Part shown: positions 43,392 through 57,565 of the stretch, one piece after another | How positions within the stretch are numbered: the first letter of the stretch is position 1 | Layout: every line of letters starts with the position of its first letter | NCBI GenBank assembly: GCA_964016885.1 | Contig: OZ024740.1 | Coordinates: 282,472,001-282,536,000 of the forward strand | Length of the DNA: 64,000 nt | From: Eledone cirrhosa | Taxonomy: Eukaryota | Direction of reading: 5' to 3' | Program-made: the position numbers and the translations under genes | The notes under the pieces: generated by a model | What the model saw: the letters and a program-made list of their open reading frames with translations, nothing else | Told to the model about the DNA's origin: nothing | Database searches by the model: none

Positions 43392-43540
<149 letters not shown>

Positions 43541-43544
43541 ATGT

Positions 43545-43582
<38 letters not shown>

Positions 43583-44834
43583 GCGTGTGTGTGTGTGTGT
43601 GCGTGTGCGTGTGTGTGTGTATTCTTTGTCGGCACGTTGGACTACAGTCCTTAGTATTCTCTTCTGTTTTACAATTTCCCGTCTTTCTATATTTTTTCTC
43701 CTTTGGTAAAGCCTTTGTGTACTCTATATTTGTGCAATTTGCCTAAAGGCATAACTTATCTCTAACTGTTTTGCCCCAGAATTCGCTGGAATTAAAGGTA
43801 TCGACCTTATAACGATGAAGTCAATTGAGTGCCAATGAATACATCGCAGTTGCAGCTAGGCTGTCTCATGTTCGTTTTTATGTTTGTGAGACCTGCCTAT
43901 ACGATCGTACTCAACTCATTTAGCTTGGGTTTGATTACTTGCTGTTCCCTAATGAAAGTCTGGAAAGCTAATCCCAGCAAGCGGGACTGCATTTGCAATC
44001 AAGACCTACTACCGGTAGTATCGTAATTTCCTGCCACACGAAGTTAATGAACAGCTAATGGTACTTGACACTGGTTACATCACCATGATCAGTGCGTGTG
44101 CACAAACCGTGATGCATATGGACGAGACAATTGACCAGTTCTACTAAGAGCACGACAGACTCACCCAAGTCACTCCCCACTCATGATCATGGAAGTACAT
44201 CATGGCTAGTGTTGGCTCTGTTCTTTCTACCTACAATAGAATCATTGTCCACAAAGATGTCGGGAAAGAAGCTATCAGCATAACTGTCCTTTTATTGATA
44301 TGCACTGAGCATCAACAGAGCAGCATCAATATGATAGCCCACCGGAAAAAGAAACATGTGTGTGGTGGTGGGGAGCGAGTTCTTTAATAGAAAAAAAAGA
44401 TGCGATAGAAAACAATGGGTTTCTTTTTTATATTTCGCACGTACCAACAGAAGGTAGGCGTTCTAAATGGTACGATGAGTCAGTGTAGTAAAACAACGCG
44501 TTTACTTCCAAAATGATCGTAAAGAGCAGATTTGGATGAGACTATAATTCATAGAGAGAAAAATAACAATATTTAATTACAATATTCATAAAAAACAGAT
44601 TTCTGTTTAGCCTATTGTAGAAATAGTGTCATGTACATAAATGCGTTTCTTCTTGAAATATGATGTCTCTTCACACGTGCAGTGAAAACGAGAAATGTTA
44701 CCGAAATAAAAGTAGGAAAATCAACATTTGTGGTTGATTAAATATATATATGCGTGTGTGTATATGTGTGCGTGTGTGTGTGTGTTTGTGTGTGCAGTTG
44801 TGTGTGGGTGTGTGGGTGTATGTATGTATGTATG

Positions 44835-44892
<58 letters not shown>

Positions 44893-45209
44893 TGTGTGTG
44901 TTTGCGCGTGTGTGTGTACTAATCGGAAGCACAAATATTATAGTTCATATTTGCATTCGGGAGCAACTTGCACGCACACATTTACTCACAGACAGACACA
45001 CCCAGTATACACATGCATGTGCAATCAATTGACACTCATCTGTACGTGTGTATCGTCGCAATATGGTTGCATTGCAGATGTAGTAGGGTATATTACACAT
45101 AATCTCGTTACAAATTGTAAACGTTGTGTATTTCCACTTCGATTTATGATGCATTTGCCTCCGGTATTCCAGTATCGACAGCTATCGTCACTTATATATA
45201 TATACAGTG

Positions 45210-45422
45210 AAGGCGTGTGGCTGAGTGGTTAGAGAATTGGATTCGCAATCGTAAGGTTGTGAGTTCGATTCCTGGACCAGGTGATGCGTTATGTCCTTGA
45301 GCAAGACACTTTATTTCACGTTGCTCCTTCTACCTGGAGTTGCGACCAATAGATAGTATTAGAAATTGGAAAGACCAACGGAAACATTGTTCCCTCGGTC
45401 CGATTTGACGAAAGTCGATCGT
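45210..45422 (+). mobile_element. tRNA(Arg)-like SINE family S2
   Basis: A box TGGCTGAGTGG, loop TTCGCAA, B box GAGTTCGATTCC, then tgtccttgagcaagacactt core. Confidence 0.85.
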
Positions 45423-45427
45423 TCCTT

Positions 45428-45467
<40 letters not shown>

Positions 45468-45688
45468 GGATATCCTTAGATAAAAGGGCAAGGAAAACAA
45501 TGCTCAATGTATTGCAAGAGAGCTTATTTGGTATACAAAGTAAAAATCCACATACTTAACATCTATATGCGACCTTAGGTTTCGGCGTAGAGCGCCCGAT
45601 AAGAGGGTAGTTTTGAAACGGCTCATCTACAGTAGAGTGGTGGCCAGACTGGTCACACATACATGTTAAGTGTATGAAACTTTTAATA

Positions 45689-45732
<44 letters not shown>

Positions 45733-45827
45733 GTAGAACACTGGAAGGTAATATCCGTAGTGGTAGAGCACTCAGTACATGGGACGAGTTAGGTAGAAGT
45801 GGTTACACAACAGTTAGTTCACCATAC

Positions 45828-45865
45828 CGAGACCAATTGTTTCACCTTAGCGGATCCTCAGCTCG
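45828..45865 (-). ncRNA. Hammerhead-like fold, one substitution near the cleavage triplet
   Basis: CGAG-CUGAGGA-uCC.gcuaa.GGu-GAAAC-AAUU-GGU-CUCG; a separate 3'-half HHR (GGCG..CGCC-GAAAC-CUAAG-GUC) lies at 45567-45596 on the minus strand. Confidence 0.5.
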
Positions 45866-46087
45866 TAATGGATATGGTTATACGGAACAGGAAGGACAAC
45901 CGTACGAACGCGCATGAGTAGAAACGAACACTTCACACAGGCAATACTAAAATGCGTGCGAGAGGTGTAAGGGAGATAACTGCGAAAGTCAGAAAAGTTT
46001 CTAGTTGATAAGAAAATTAGGATGTTGTTGTAATTCAATCCGGAGCTTTGTAGTTACGTAAGAGGTGTTTCGAGACGTGTGGACAAC

Positions 46088-46132
<45 letters not shown>

Positions 46133-46137
<5 letters not shown>

Positions 46138-46588
46138 TATGTTGCAATACACTGTATGCAACGGGAGATAAGCTGACAGAGCTCTGTTTCGTTTTTTTTT
46201 TTGTTGGTACTTATCAAAGCTCACTACTATCCCTGTTTGCTATTTCAGAGCACCAATTCTAATTTTCAATTTCTGCTGGGCCGGTGACCTCTCTGTATAA
46301 TCAGTTCCTGATTATTACTGGAATTCTATAAGAATCCAACACACATAATTTTCATCAAACAGGAGGAGTAGTGAGCTTTGATAAGTACCAAAAAGTACGA
46401 AACAGAACTCTGTCAGTTTATCTCCCCTGTTTGCTGAAAATTTAAATAAGTGACATTGTCACTATTTTAAAACAATAGCGTATGGTCTTCAAAATGGTTT
46501 TAATTAAGCATACAGTGTATTTCAAAATACACTATATATACATTCATATATATATATCGCTATTTCAGAACACCAATTCTAATTTTAT
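46133..46588. mobile_element. Family B HHR repeat: inverted head plus just over one sense monomer
   Basis: HHR at 46372-46420 (+) and damaged copy at 46169-46223 (-); gctatttcaga.caccaattctaatttt at both ends of the sense unit. Confidence 0.85.
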
Positions 46589-46750
46589 ATATATATATAC
46601 ACACACAGGAAGGGTAACGCGAAGTTACTGTAGGTTCATCCGGGTGACCATTCTATGTTTAGGTCCACGTCAGTATCGAGGTGTAGAGCTAGACAGAGTG
46701 TAATATGATAATACAAGGACGAATGGTTACTCCTTCATTATGCTTATTGG

Positions 46751-46779
46751 TCGGTGACGCGCGTTTCGCTACTCATCAG
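46751..46779 (-). ncRNA. Minimal hammerhead core (1 bp helix II), helix I not recoverable
   Basis: CUGAUGA-GUAGC-GAAAC-GCGC-GUC. Confidence 0.45.
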
Positions 46780-46834
46780 CTCAAGGTTCGATCTGTATCG
46801 ATCTAGCCTGACTCTGGAATCAAAAGCTCATGGG

Positions 46835-46948
<114 letters not shown>

Positions 46949-48212
46949 GAGAGAGAGAGAAATATGAAGAGAAACAGAGAGGGAGGTGATGCTGAAACGG
47001 GGGAAACCACTGATCAAAATGACGAACGGCAGGCTCTCCTTGTAATTGTCCTCAATCTACTTCATTGTTTAAAATAATCACAGTATGAATTTTCAAGCTA
47101 TATAACCCATTTCTTTGAATAAGTAGAAAGATGATCTTATGAACAACATTTTTTGATTGTAACTGATGAATGAAATTGAATAAATATTAGGTCTAAAACA
47201 ACAAAATCATCTTTTTAGTCAACCCTTTGATTGATTTCATCATGCAGACAGAAAATTATTTCAACTAATCAAAGCACAGAATTCAATGAAAACCGAAATA
47301 TTAATTATTTTTTTTAAATGCTATTAGTTTCTTTTTATGCATTTAGATAATCCACTATCATACGATACGCACAGACTTAAGCAATTAATAAAGACAAATA
47401 TGTATGTAATGTAAGTATGTTGCATATTTTCATACATAAACTAACCTTTAGTAAAATCTATTACCCTTATTCTGTAATCGGCTCTATTCTCCAGATAGAG
47501 CCGTAAGGGTTCTGGAGTGAGCTATGGCCTATCCTGGGCATCAAACCTGACAGTGCTCTTCCCTCTCCAAGTATGACTACATACCGATTCCTTCGAATAA
47601 AAGGAAGAAGAGAGAGAAAGAAAACCGATACGGGATTTTGAATCTTATAAGGGTGAGAAGCAAAGATGATCTCTATAGGAATTGAACTCAGAGTGCAAAG
47701 AACAAGAATGAATAAGACACGACACTCAAACCAATACTTTAATGATTCCACTAAATCGCCGCCTTGAACCATTGTCTTTAATGGAAAGATTTAACTGAGG
47801 ATTAAAGGAGTTCCATTTGGACCTTCAATAGTCGATTTTGATAGATATGATCTAGCCGGGGAAGAAGGACAAAATCAGACTTCTCAAAATCTTCCATAAA
47901 CACCCTTACTGTAAATATTAAAAATGCATACAAAAATTATCGCTTGGCTTTGTAATGAGTCAATTTATTAATAAAAGCAATACGAAAGTTTCACTTATAT
48001 CTAAATGATTAACATATTGAAGTTGTTATGTCTAAATTTTTTCGCTCGTGAAACATTGAACGACTCGTTGGAAATATGTTATATATACACGATTTCTGAT
48101 AACTGAATATTTATCTTTTCCTTGTTTTTTAAATAGGACGGAGCTCTGGATAAAGGCGAAATTGAGAAAGCGCTGTTTCACTGCCTTAATAAAAACATTT
48201 CTCTCCCTTCCG

Positions 48213-48314
<102 letters not shown>

Positions 48315-48393
48315 AATGGAAAAGAACGAAACGAAATTTCATTTCTCACTCTTAGTTCGGCAGTTATATTACATACGTACTTATATTTATACT

Positions 48394-48499
<106 letters not shown>

Positions 48500-48500
48500 A

Positions 48501-48531
<31 letters not shown>

Positions 48532-48596
48532 GTAATAATAATAAATTTGAAGACTAAAATCCAAAGAGGGCTAATAAATACATATATATATATATA

Positions 48597-49496
48597 TGAG
48601 AGACGTAAAATAAGAAAATTATAAAATTAACTTACTTACTAAAATATCACTTCCAACTAATTAGTTTCTGAAATGGAATAAATATATTTTCCGAAGAAAA
48701 CATAGAGAATCATTTCGTCGTCAGGGAAGACTATTCTCATCTAAGTATCCAGGCAAAGCGGGGACTCTGGAAACTTATTCAAAAATAATTCAGTGGATAG
48801 GAAATAGCAAAGCGTGGACTGAATTCCTAGACATTGAGAAAATCACTGCCTCTGCGTCGGTGGCAAATTCAAAAAGAATCAATCACGTGACATCGAGGTC
48901 AATCAGTGGAAAGTGGGTTGCTCATAAGACAGCGGCCTGCCTGCTACCATAGCAGCAGTCGTGGCCAATATTGCTCGACAAATAATTTGGAGATAATTAT
49001 AAAGAATTAATATCTAGTAACATATATATATACATACAGATGCATATCAATGCTAGCAAATATATAGGTTTTGTCTTAGTAACTTTGTGGTTCAATGCAT
49101 GGGGTTGAAGAACAATAAGAAAATTATAAAATAAACTTACTTACTAAAATATCACTTCCAACTAATTAGTTTCTGAAATGGAATAAATATATTTTCCGAA
49201 GTTTCCAGAGTCCCTGCTTTGCCTGGATACTTAGATGAGAATAGTCTTCCCTGACGACGAAATGATTCTCTAAGTTTTCTTCGGAAAATATATTTATTCC
49301 ATTTCAGAAACTAATTAGTTGGAAGTGTTATTTTAGTAAGTAAGTTAATTTTATAATTTTCTTATTTTACGTCTCTCATATTATTGTTCTGAAACCCCAT
49401 GCATTGAACCACAAAGTTACTAAGACAAAACCTATATATTTGCTAGCATTGATATGCATCTGTATGTATATATATGTTACTAGATATTAATTCTTT

Positions 49497-49497
<1 letters not shown>
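48597..49497. mobile_element. Family E HHR repeat: ~1.2 antisense units (period ~505) plus inverted sense arm
   Basis: HHR at 48650-48729 (-) and 49246-49325 (+); aataagaaaattataaaa at 48609 and 49114. Confidence 0.85.
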
Positions 49498-50189
<692 letters not shown>

Positions 50190-50858
50190 CATATACATAA
50201 AGTCATATATATATATATAAAATGAGAATCTTATTTCTCGCCCTAGCACAGCGATACATACATACATATATATACATACATACATACATACATATACATA
50301 TATATATATATATATACATATATACATAAAGAGAGAGACAGAGACAGAGAGAGATAGAGAGAGAGAAGGAGAGAGCGAGAGAGAGTTATTAAAAAGATAG
50401 GAAAAAATGATATGTATATATGTTTGTATGTTTATATATATATAAACATAGAAACATATATACATATATAGTTTAATTTCCTCTCCTTTTAACGCTCTCT
50501 CTCTCTCTTTCTCTCTCTCTCTTTCTCTCTCTCTCTTTCTCTCTCTCTCTTTCTCACCGGGACAATAATTTATTTCATTATATTATTGCTATAATTGGTT
50601 GCAGAAATACCCTAATTTGCCACCCTACAATAGAATAACAACTACATAGAAACTTGTGATATTGTTTTTATTATTTATTTTAAGTATCTGATTAACTTAG
50701 GATTTTAATGTATAGTAATGTAGTAACATTATCCATTATTTTACGGAAGGAATGAGAAATATTCAGTTTCTTCACCAGACTATAAAATGTTAACAAAGAT
50801 GTGTTTGTGTATTATATCATCATCACCACCACCACCACCATATATAGATATTAAGAGA

Positions 50859-50947
<89 letters not shown>

Positions 50948-50986
50948 ACTACCTATCATTCCATTTACTCTGCTCTTTCTCACTTT

Positions 50987-51032
<46 letters not shown>

Positions 51033-51049
51033 AATGTGGTATATATATA

Positions 51050-51605
51050 TAAAATTAGAATTAGTGCTCTGAAATAGCGATATATATATGAATGTATATG
51101 TAGTGTATTTTGCAATAGACTGTATGCTTAATTAAAAGCATTTCGAAGACATTACGCTATTGTTTTAGAGTAGTGACAGTCTCACTTACTTTAATTTTCA
51201 GAAAACAGGGGAGATAAAACTGACAGAGTTCTTTTTCGCATTTTTTGGTGCTTATCAAAGCTAAGTATTCCGCCTGTTTGCTGAAAATCATGAATGTTTG
51301 ATTCTTATAGAATTCTAGTAATAATCAGGAATGATTATGCAGAGCGGTTACCGGTCAAGCAGAAATTAAAAATTAGAATTGGTGCTCTGAAATAGCGATA
51401 TATATATGAATGTATATATAGTGTATTTTGAAATACACTGTATGCTTAATTAAAAGAATTTCGAAGACCTTACGCTATTGTTTTAGAGTAGCGACAGTCT
51501 CACTTACTTTAATTTTCAGCAAACAGGGGAGATAAAACTGACAGAGCCCTGTTTCGCACTTTTTGGTGCTTATCAAAGCTAAGTACTCCGCCTGTTATAC
51601 ATTCA
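51050..51605 (-). mobile_element. Family B HHR repeat, tandem (period ~318)
   Basis: HHRs at ~51216-51264 and ~51534-51582; helix II is GCAC/GUGC in the second. Confidence 0.85.
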
Positions 51606-51619
51606 TATATATATATATA

Positions 51620-52386
51620 TTGTTATGCTTTGGGAGGGTCATGTTGCCAATAAGAAACACACGCACCAGTTGCTTTCACTACAATTTTTTTATAAATTAA
51701 ATTTATAAATTTAAAAATTTATAAATTTCCGGTTGGTTGGTTGCTTCCATAACCGGACGGTTGTTCATATATTGTCAAAGTTCTTTCGTCACACATTATG
51801 TGACCTCTTCAGTGACTGGGGATTCTTTTCTTTGTTTTTGTGCCTCTCATTTTTTTCTGTCCTACGCCATCTTGTTTTTGCGTGTGTTGTGTGCTTCGTT
51901 TGCGCATGTGTTACATCCGGGTGTCTGTGTGTGTTTATATTTGTTTATTTATTTGTTATTTACATGTTACTGGTTGGTTGGTAGTTCTATGTGTGTGTGT
52001 ATTTTCATTTTGTCCTTAATTGTAAGTTGTGATGTTGCTATTCCATTCATGGATGGAATAGCAACATCACAACTTACAATTAAGGACAAAATGAAAACAC
52101 ACATACAACAAACAACCAACCAGTAACACAAAAACAAGATGGCGTAGGACAGAACAAAGGAGAGGCACAACACAAAGAAAAGAATCCCCAGTCACTGAAG
52201 AGGTCATAGAATGTGTGACGAAAGAACTTTGACAAAATATGAACAACCGTCCGGTTGTGGAACCAACCAACCAACCGGAAATTTATAAATTCTTAAATTT
52301 ATAAATTTAATTTATAATACATTGGAGTAAAAGCAACTGGTGCGTGTGTTTCTTATTGGAAACATGACCCTCCCAAAGTATAACAA
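51620..52386. mobile_element. Family G fold-back element with an HHR in each arm
   Basis: Arms invert around ~52050; HHR 52191-52233 (+) GUCA-CUGAAGA-g-GUCAUA..UGUGAC-GAAAG-AA-CUU-UGAC, and 51774-51816 (-). Confidence 0.8.
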
Positions 52387-52489
52387 TATCGGTTTCAACA
52401 CACGTTTTCAGATAAAGAATCTTGCCAAACAAATTCAGAAACGAAATATATATATATATATATATTACACTCAAACACACTCACACACA

Positions 52490-52579
<90 letters not shown>

Positions 52580-52924
52580 TACAGAGGGAGAGGGAGAGAG
52601 AGAGGGAGATAATGATGATGAATTAAAATATTTTAGAACACAATGATTATGTCCTGATTGAGTTCAATTTGTTCTGAATACAATCTTTAGAACGTTTTTG
52701 ACAGACGGGTTGAAAGGAATAACAGTACAGTTATTATGATATACATTATTCTAGGATCGTCTTCGGGGGAAACGCTTTAAACAAACACTAGCTTAACTAT
52801 TGAACAAAATTGAAGAGGCCTTCTATTATAAAAACATTATATAAATTTTAAATTTTTTGTAAGATAATTAACTGATAGATAGTTATAATGTGTGTGTGCG
52901 GGTATGTATGTATATATATATCTA

Positions 52925-53115
52925 TAGCAAAGAAAGTGAAAGTGTGGTAAGAAACCAGGTGGACCTTAACGCACAAGTGTACTCGATACTTAGGGTAGTA
53001 GAGTGGGTTATAGGAAAAGAGTTAGGACCCCAACGGCTGAGCTCCAGCCGTTTCGACAGCTAGATCTAGCTGTCGAAACGCTCGGAGCTCAGCCGTCGGG
53101 GTTCTCACTCTTTTC

Positions 53116-53120
<5 letters not shown>
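52925..53120. mobile_element. Family A pLTR fragment folded back within the HHR 3' half
   Basis: gtttcgacagctagatctagctgtcgaaac palindromic junction. Confidence 0.75.
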
Positions 53121-53156
<36 letters not shown>

Positions 53157-53372
53157 TAAGACGTGTGGCTGAGTGGTTAGAGAATTGGATTCGCAATCGT
53201 GAGGTTGTGAGTTCGATTCCTGGACCAGGCGATGCGTTATGTCCTTGAGCAAGACACTTTATTTCACGTTGCTCCTTCTACCTGGAGTTGCGACCGATAG
53301 ATAGTATTAGCAATTGGAAAGACCAACGGAAACATTGTTCCCTCGGTCCGATTTGACGAAAGACGATCGTTC
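53157..53372 (+). mobile_element. SINE S2
   Basis: Near-identical to 45210-45422. Confidence 0.85.
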
Positions 53373-53382
53373 CTTTTATATA

Positions 53383-53824
53383 TTGGTAAAAGGAAAAGAA
53401 AATGCTGACAAATTGTTCCCAGTGAAAAATAGTTTAATTAGGAATAAGCAAAAATTAGTCATTGTTTCTACTTTAGGCACAAGGCCAGCAATTACCCAGT
53501 GCATTACTGGTACTTTATTTTATCGACAAAGTAAGGATGAAAGCAAAGTCAACCTCGGCGGGATTTGAACTAAGATCGTAAAGGGACGTAACTATGCTGC
53601 AAAGCATGGCGTCCGACCCTCTACCATACTGCCAATCCAGAGCAAACATCACGGGCGCTCTATCTCAAAATTATTTTTGAAAAGCATTAGAAATGCGCAA
53701 ACGGTAAAAGCTTAAAACCAAAACTGAATACTAACCAATACTTATTACTAATTTTTACTTATTCCTAATTAAACTATTTTTCACAGGGAACAATTTGTCA
53801 GCATTTTCTTTTCCTTTTACCAAT
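53383..53824. mobile_element. Element with ~77 bp inverted ends, nested SINE S1 (53459-53638) and degenerate UUGAAAA-core hammerhead (53674-53709)
   Basis: ttggtaaaaggaaaagaaaatgctgac... vs ...gtcagcattttcttttccttttaccaa; UUU-UUGAAAA-GCAUU.aga.AAUGC-GCAAAC-GGUA-AAA. Confidence 0.6.
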
Positions 53825-53865
53825 ATATCATAACTCGTGTGTTACACCTCTATTCTTTTAAATAT

Positions 53866-53970
<105 letters not shown>

Positions 53971-54324
53971 AAGTGTGTGTGTGTGTGTGTGTGTAAGTGT
54001 GTGTGTGTGTGTGCATGTGTGTGAGCAAGTTTTCACCACACTGTTAGAAATAATGAATAAAAGAATTTGGAATTGCCCCTGTAGATTTTAAGAAGATTTA
54101 TTTCCATTAATTTAACCAGACTGTAAAAGAATGAAGACAAAAAATATGAAGAAAATCGTAAACAAAGCGTCTACGATTATATTATTTACGCCGAATGAAA
54201 GGAGAAGTATCTGATGTTTCAGGTTGATCCCTTTTGAAAGATGGAAAGTGTTAGGATGATGCTAAGTTGTCTGCCCTCTGTTTTGTTATCACACACAGAT
54301 TTTATATATATATATATATATATA

Positions 54325-55088
54325 TAAATGTATATATAGTGTATTTTGCAATACACTGTATGCTTAATTAAAAGCATTTTGAAGACCATACCCTATTACT
54401 TTAAAGTAGCGACAATGTCGCTTACTTAATTTTGCAGCAGACAAGGGGAGATAAGCTGACAGAGCTGTGTTTCGTACTTTTTGGTACTTATCAAAGCTCA
54501 CTATTCTCCCTGTTTGCTGAAAATTATGTGTGTTTGATTCTTATAGAATTCCAGTAATAATAAGTACCAAAACGTACGAAACAGAGCTATATCAGCTTAT
54601 CTACCCTTGTTTGCTGAAAATTTAAGTAAGCGACATTGTCGCTACTTTAAAACAATAGCGTATGGTCTTCAAAATGCTTTTAATTAAGCATACAGTGTAT
54701 TGCAAAATACACTATATATACACTCATATATATATATATATCGCTATTTCAGAGCACCAATTCTAATTTTCAATTCCTGCTGGACCGGCGACCGCTCTGT
54801 ATAATCAGTTCCTGATTATTACTGGAATTCTATAAGAATCAAACACACATAATTTTCAGCAAACAGGGATAGTAGTGAGCTTTGATAAGTACCTAAAAGT
54901 ACGAAACAGAGCTCTGTCAGCTTATCTCCCCTTGTTTGCTGAAAACGTAAGTAAGTGACATTGTGGCTACTTTAAAACAATAGCGTATGGTCTTCAAAAT
55001 GCTTTTAATTAAGCATACAGTGTATTGCAAAATACACTATATATACATTCATATATATATCGCTATTTCAGAGCACCAATTCTAATTT

Positions 55089-55089
<1 letters not shown>
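54325..55089. mobile_element. Family B HHR repeat: inverted arm plus ~1.6 tandem sense monomers (period 325)
   Basis: GAAAC cores at 54578 and 54903; antisense HHR at 54452-54500. Confidence 0.88.
54876..54924 (+). ncRNA. Type I hammerhead ribozyme, U3-A8 core (family B)
   Basis: UGAGCU-UUGAUAA-GUAC.cuaaaa.GUAC-GAAAC-AGAGCUCU-GUC-AGCUUA; helix I extended by UUUUCAGCAAACAGGG / CCCUUGUUUGCUGAAAA. Confidence 0.85.
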
Positions 55090-55122
<33 letters not shown>

Positions 55123-55488
55123 CTTGTGTGTGTGTGTGTGTGTGCGTGTGTGTGTATGTATACATGTATTATCTGTATTATTGTGCATTATATAACTTGT
55201 TATATAACTTCCAGGGGTTCCAGAAGCCTATGTGAAATTATATCGAGTATATCAATTTTAATCAATCTAAGATGGTCCAGGTATGTAAAACTGTTCTGTA
55301 TCTATGGTAGGTATGTTATATGTATAGCCGGTGTCTTCGGCCTGTATGCTTGGTGTCACACTTTATAACTGTTGTGTTTAGTCTGGACCTAATGTTTCTT
55401 TTAACTTTCGATACATTGAGTATTTTGTGATAGCCTCAAACAAATCGAATAGTACTTGCTGTGCAACAGTTAAACATCGCTTTACAAC

Positions 55489-55522
<34 letters not shown>

Positions 55523-55681
55523 GAAAATGTTTAACCGCGACGGCAGTCCAGAAATAGCCATCGAAACGGCTTGAGCTCGGCCGTTGGGGTTAAACATTTT
55601 CGTATTAAGCACTATACTACTCTAAGTATTGAGTACTATGGTGCGTTATGGTCCATCTGGTTCTTTACCACACCTCCTTCG

Positions 55682-55719
<38 letters not shown>

Positions 55720-56151
55720 CGAAGGAAATGTGGTAAGGAACCAGGTGGACCATAACGCACCAAAGTACTCAATACTTGAGGTAGTAGAGTGGGTAATAGG
55801 AACCAGTAAGACCCCGACAGCTGAGCTCAAGCCGTTTCGACGGCTAATTCTGGACTAAATGAAAATTTATCCTGGTATTTAAATAGCCGATCTTCTCAAG
55901 GGGTAATTCCATATATGGTCAAAGTGATTGTCAAAAATCAGTAGTAATTCTGTGGTTGCAAATTAGTAGGGGAGATGGTGGCTAAACCTGCCAGTAGGAG
56001 AAAGAGGGGAGGGGGTGGAGTAGACCCAATCAAGCGTTGGTAGTGCCAGCTACAGCTGAGCATGAGGTCAAAGAAGATAGGTCAAAGGAGGGGGAGGAAG
56101 TCGGAACGGTAGGTAGAACAATGGGGGGTAGAAATAGGAAAGAAAAAAAAG

Positions 56152-57565
56152 TTCGACATAGAGAGCTACTATGCTTCAATCACCTTACCGCTACTTACTG
56201 CCGCCTTGGACTTCGCCGAAACACTCGTGCCCATCACCGACCAGGAAAGAAAAATCATCCTCCACGCCAGGAAGACAGTCTTACTCTTTGACGACTCTAA
56301 ATGGATAAAAAGAGCTCCCGACTCACCCTTCGACGTCAGCATGGGCGCCACGGATTCGGCGGAGGTCACTGATCTTATAGGATTATTCCTAATAGCCAAA
56401 CTCACTGATATGTTTCCTGCATTCGGTGGTGGATTGTACCGTGATGATGGGCTCCTTGCCCTTAAAGGGTACAACCCCAGTAGTACAGATCGGGTCCGGA
56501 AACAATTTATCAGATTCTTCCGCGACTGGGGATTTAAAATAAATAGCCCTACAAACGTCCCTGACCCGAGTAAACTTCCTGGACGTAACCCTCGACCTCG
56601 AAAACGACCTGTACTACCCATACAGGAAACCTAATGCCAATCTGCACTACATCCACCGCCGATCAAACCATCCTAGGAACATCACAAACAACCTGGTCAA
56701 AAACATCTCCCTCCGCATATCCCGTTTGTCAGCTAATGAGCGGATATTCGATGAACATGCGCCTTATTACAACCAGGCCCTCAAGCGGAGTGGTTTCCGG
56801 GAGGAAATATCCTACTGTCCAGCTCCCATTAGCGGAACCAGCAGGAGACACCGCCGCTCACGCAATGTAACATGGTTCAATCCTCCCCACAACGCAGAGG
56901 TGACTACTCCCATCGGGAAACTATTCTTTAGGCTCATTGAAAAACACTTCCCATTACAACACCGCTACCACAACATAATTAACAAAAATACCATCAAACT
57001 CTCTTACAGCACTACACCAAACTTCGCACAATACATCGTCTCCTCTAACAACAAAAAACTCAACCCCGATGGCAGAAATAACCTAAATAGCAGTGGAGAA
57101 CCGACCAGGAGGTGTAACTGCCCGGATAGATCTATTTGCCCACTCGACAATAGATGCAGAGACCGTAATGTGATCTACCAGTGCAACGTGAGGACGGATA
57201 CCTCCAACAAAGCCTATATAGGATTTACCGCATGTGACTTCAAGACCCGGCTATACCAACATAGACATACCTTCCGAAACCCGGCCCGGCGTCACGCCAC
57301 TACACTTTCGGGCCACATATGGGACCTCAAGGACAACAACATCACCTATGATCTCACTTGGAGATTACTGTCCAGAGCCAATTCTTACACGGGAGGACGC
57401 CGTCCGTGCAATTTATGCTCGGAGGAAACTTTACAAATGCTGTTTTCGACGGACCAACTCCTAAACAAGAAAGATGAACTGGTTACTGCATGTAAACATA
57501 GATTGCGTAGGACTTACCTCGCCCTCAAACCCCATAATGACCCGGGGGGTAGACTAGGGCTATAA
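56152..57565 (+). pseudogene. Penelope-like RT and C-terminal GIY-YIG endonuclease, 5'-truncated, one frameshift near 56555
   Basis: FDIESYYASI, FDVSMGATDSAEVTDLIG, GLYRDDGL, VNFLDVTL, SNHP, VTWFNPP, CNC(x5)CPL(x3)C, VIYQ..(x)..YIG.T..FK.R..QH, CNLC.EE. Confidence 0.9.

Noticed and set aside
45210-45285. tRNA-Arg gene
   Set aside because: Continues into SINE core and tail, occurs in several copies and lacks a proper acceptor stem; it is a SINE head
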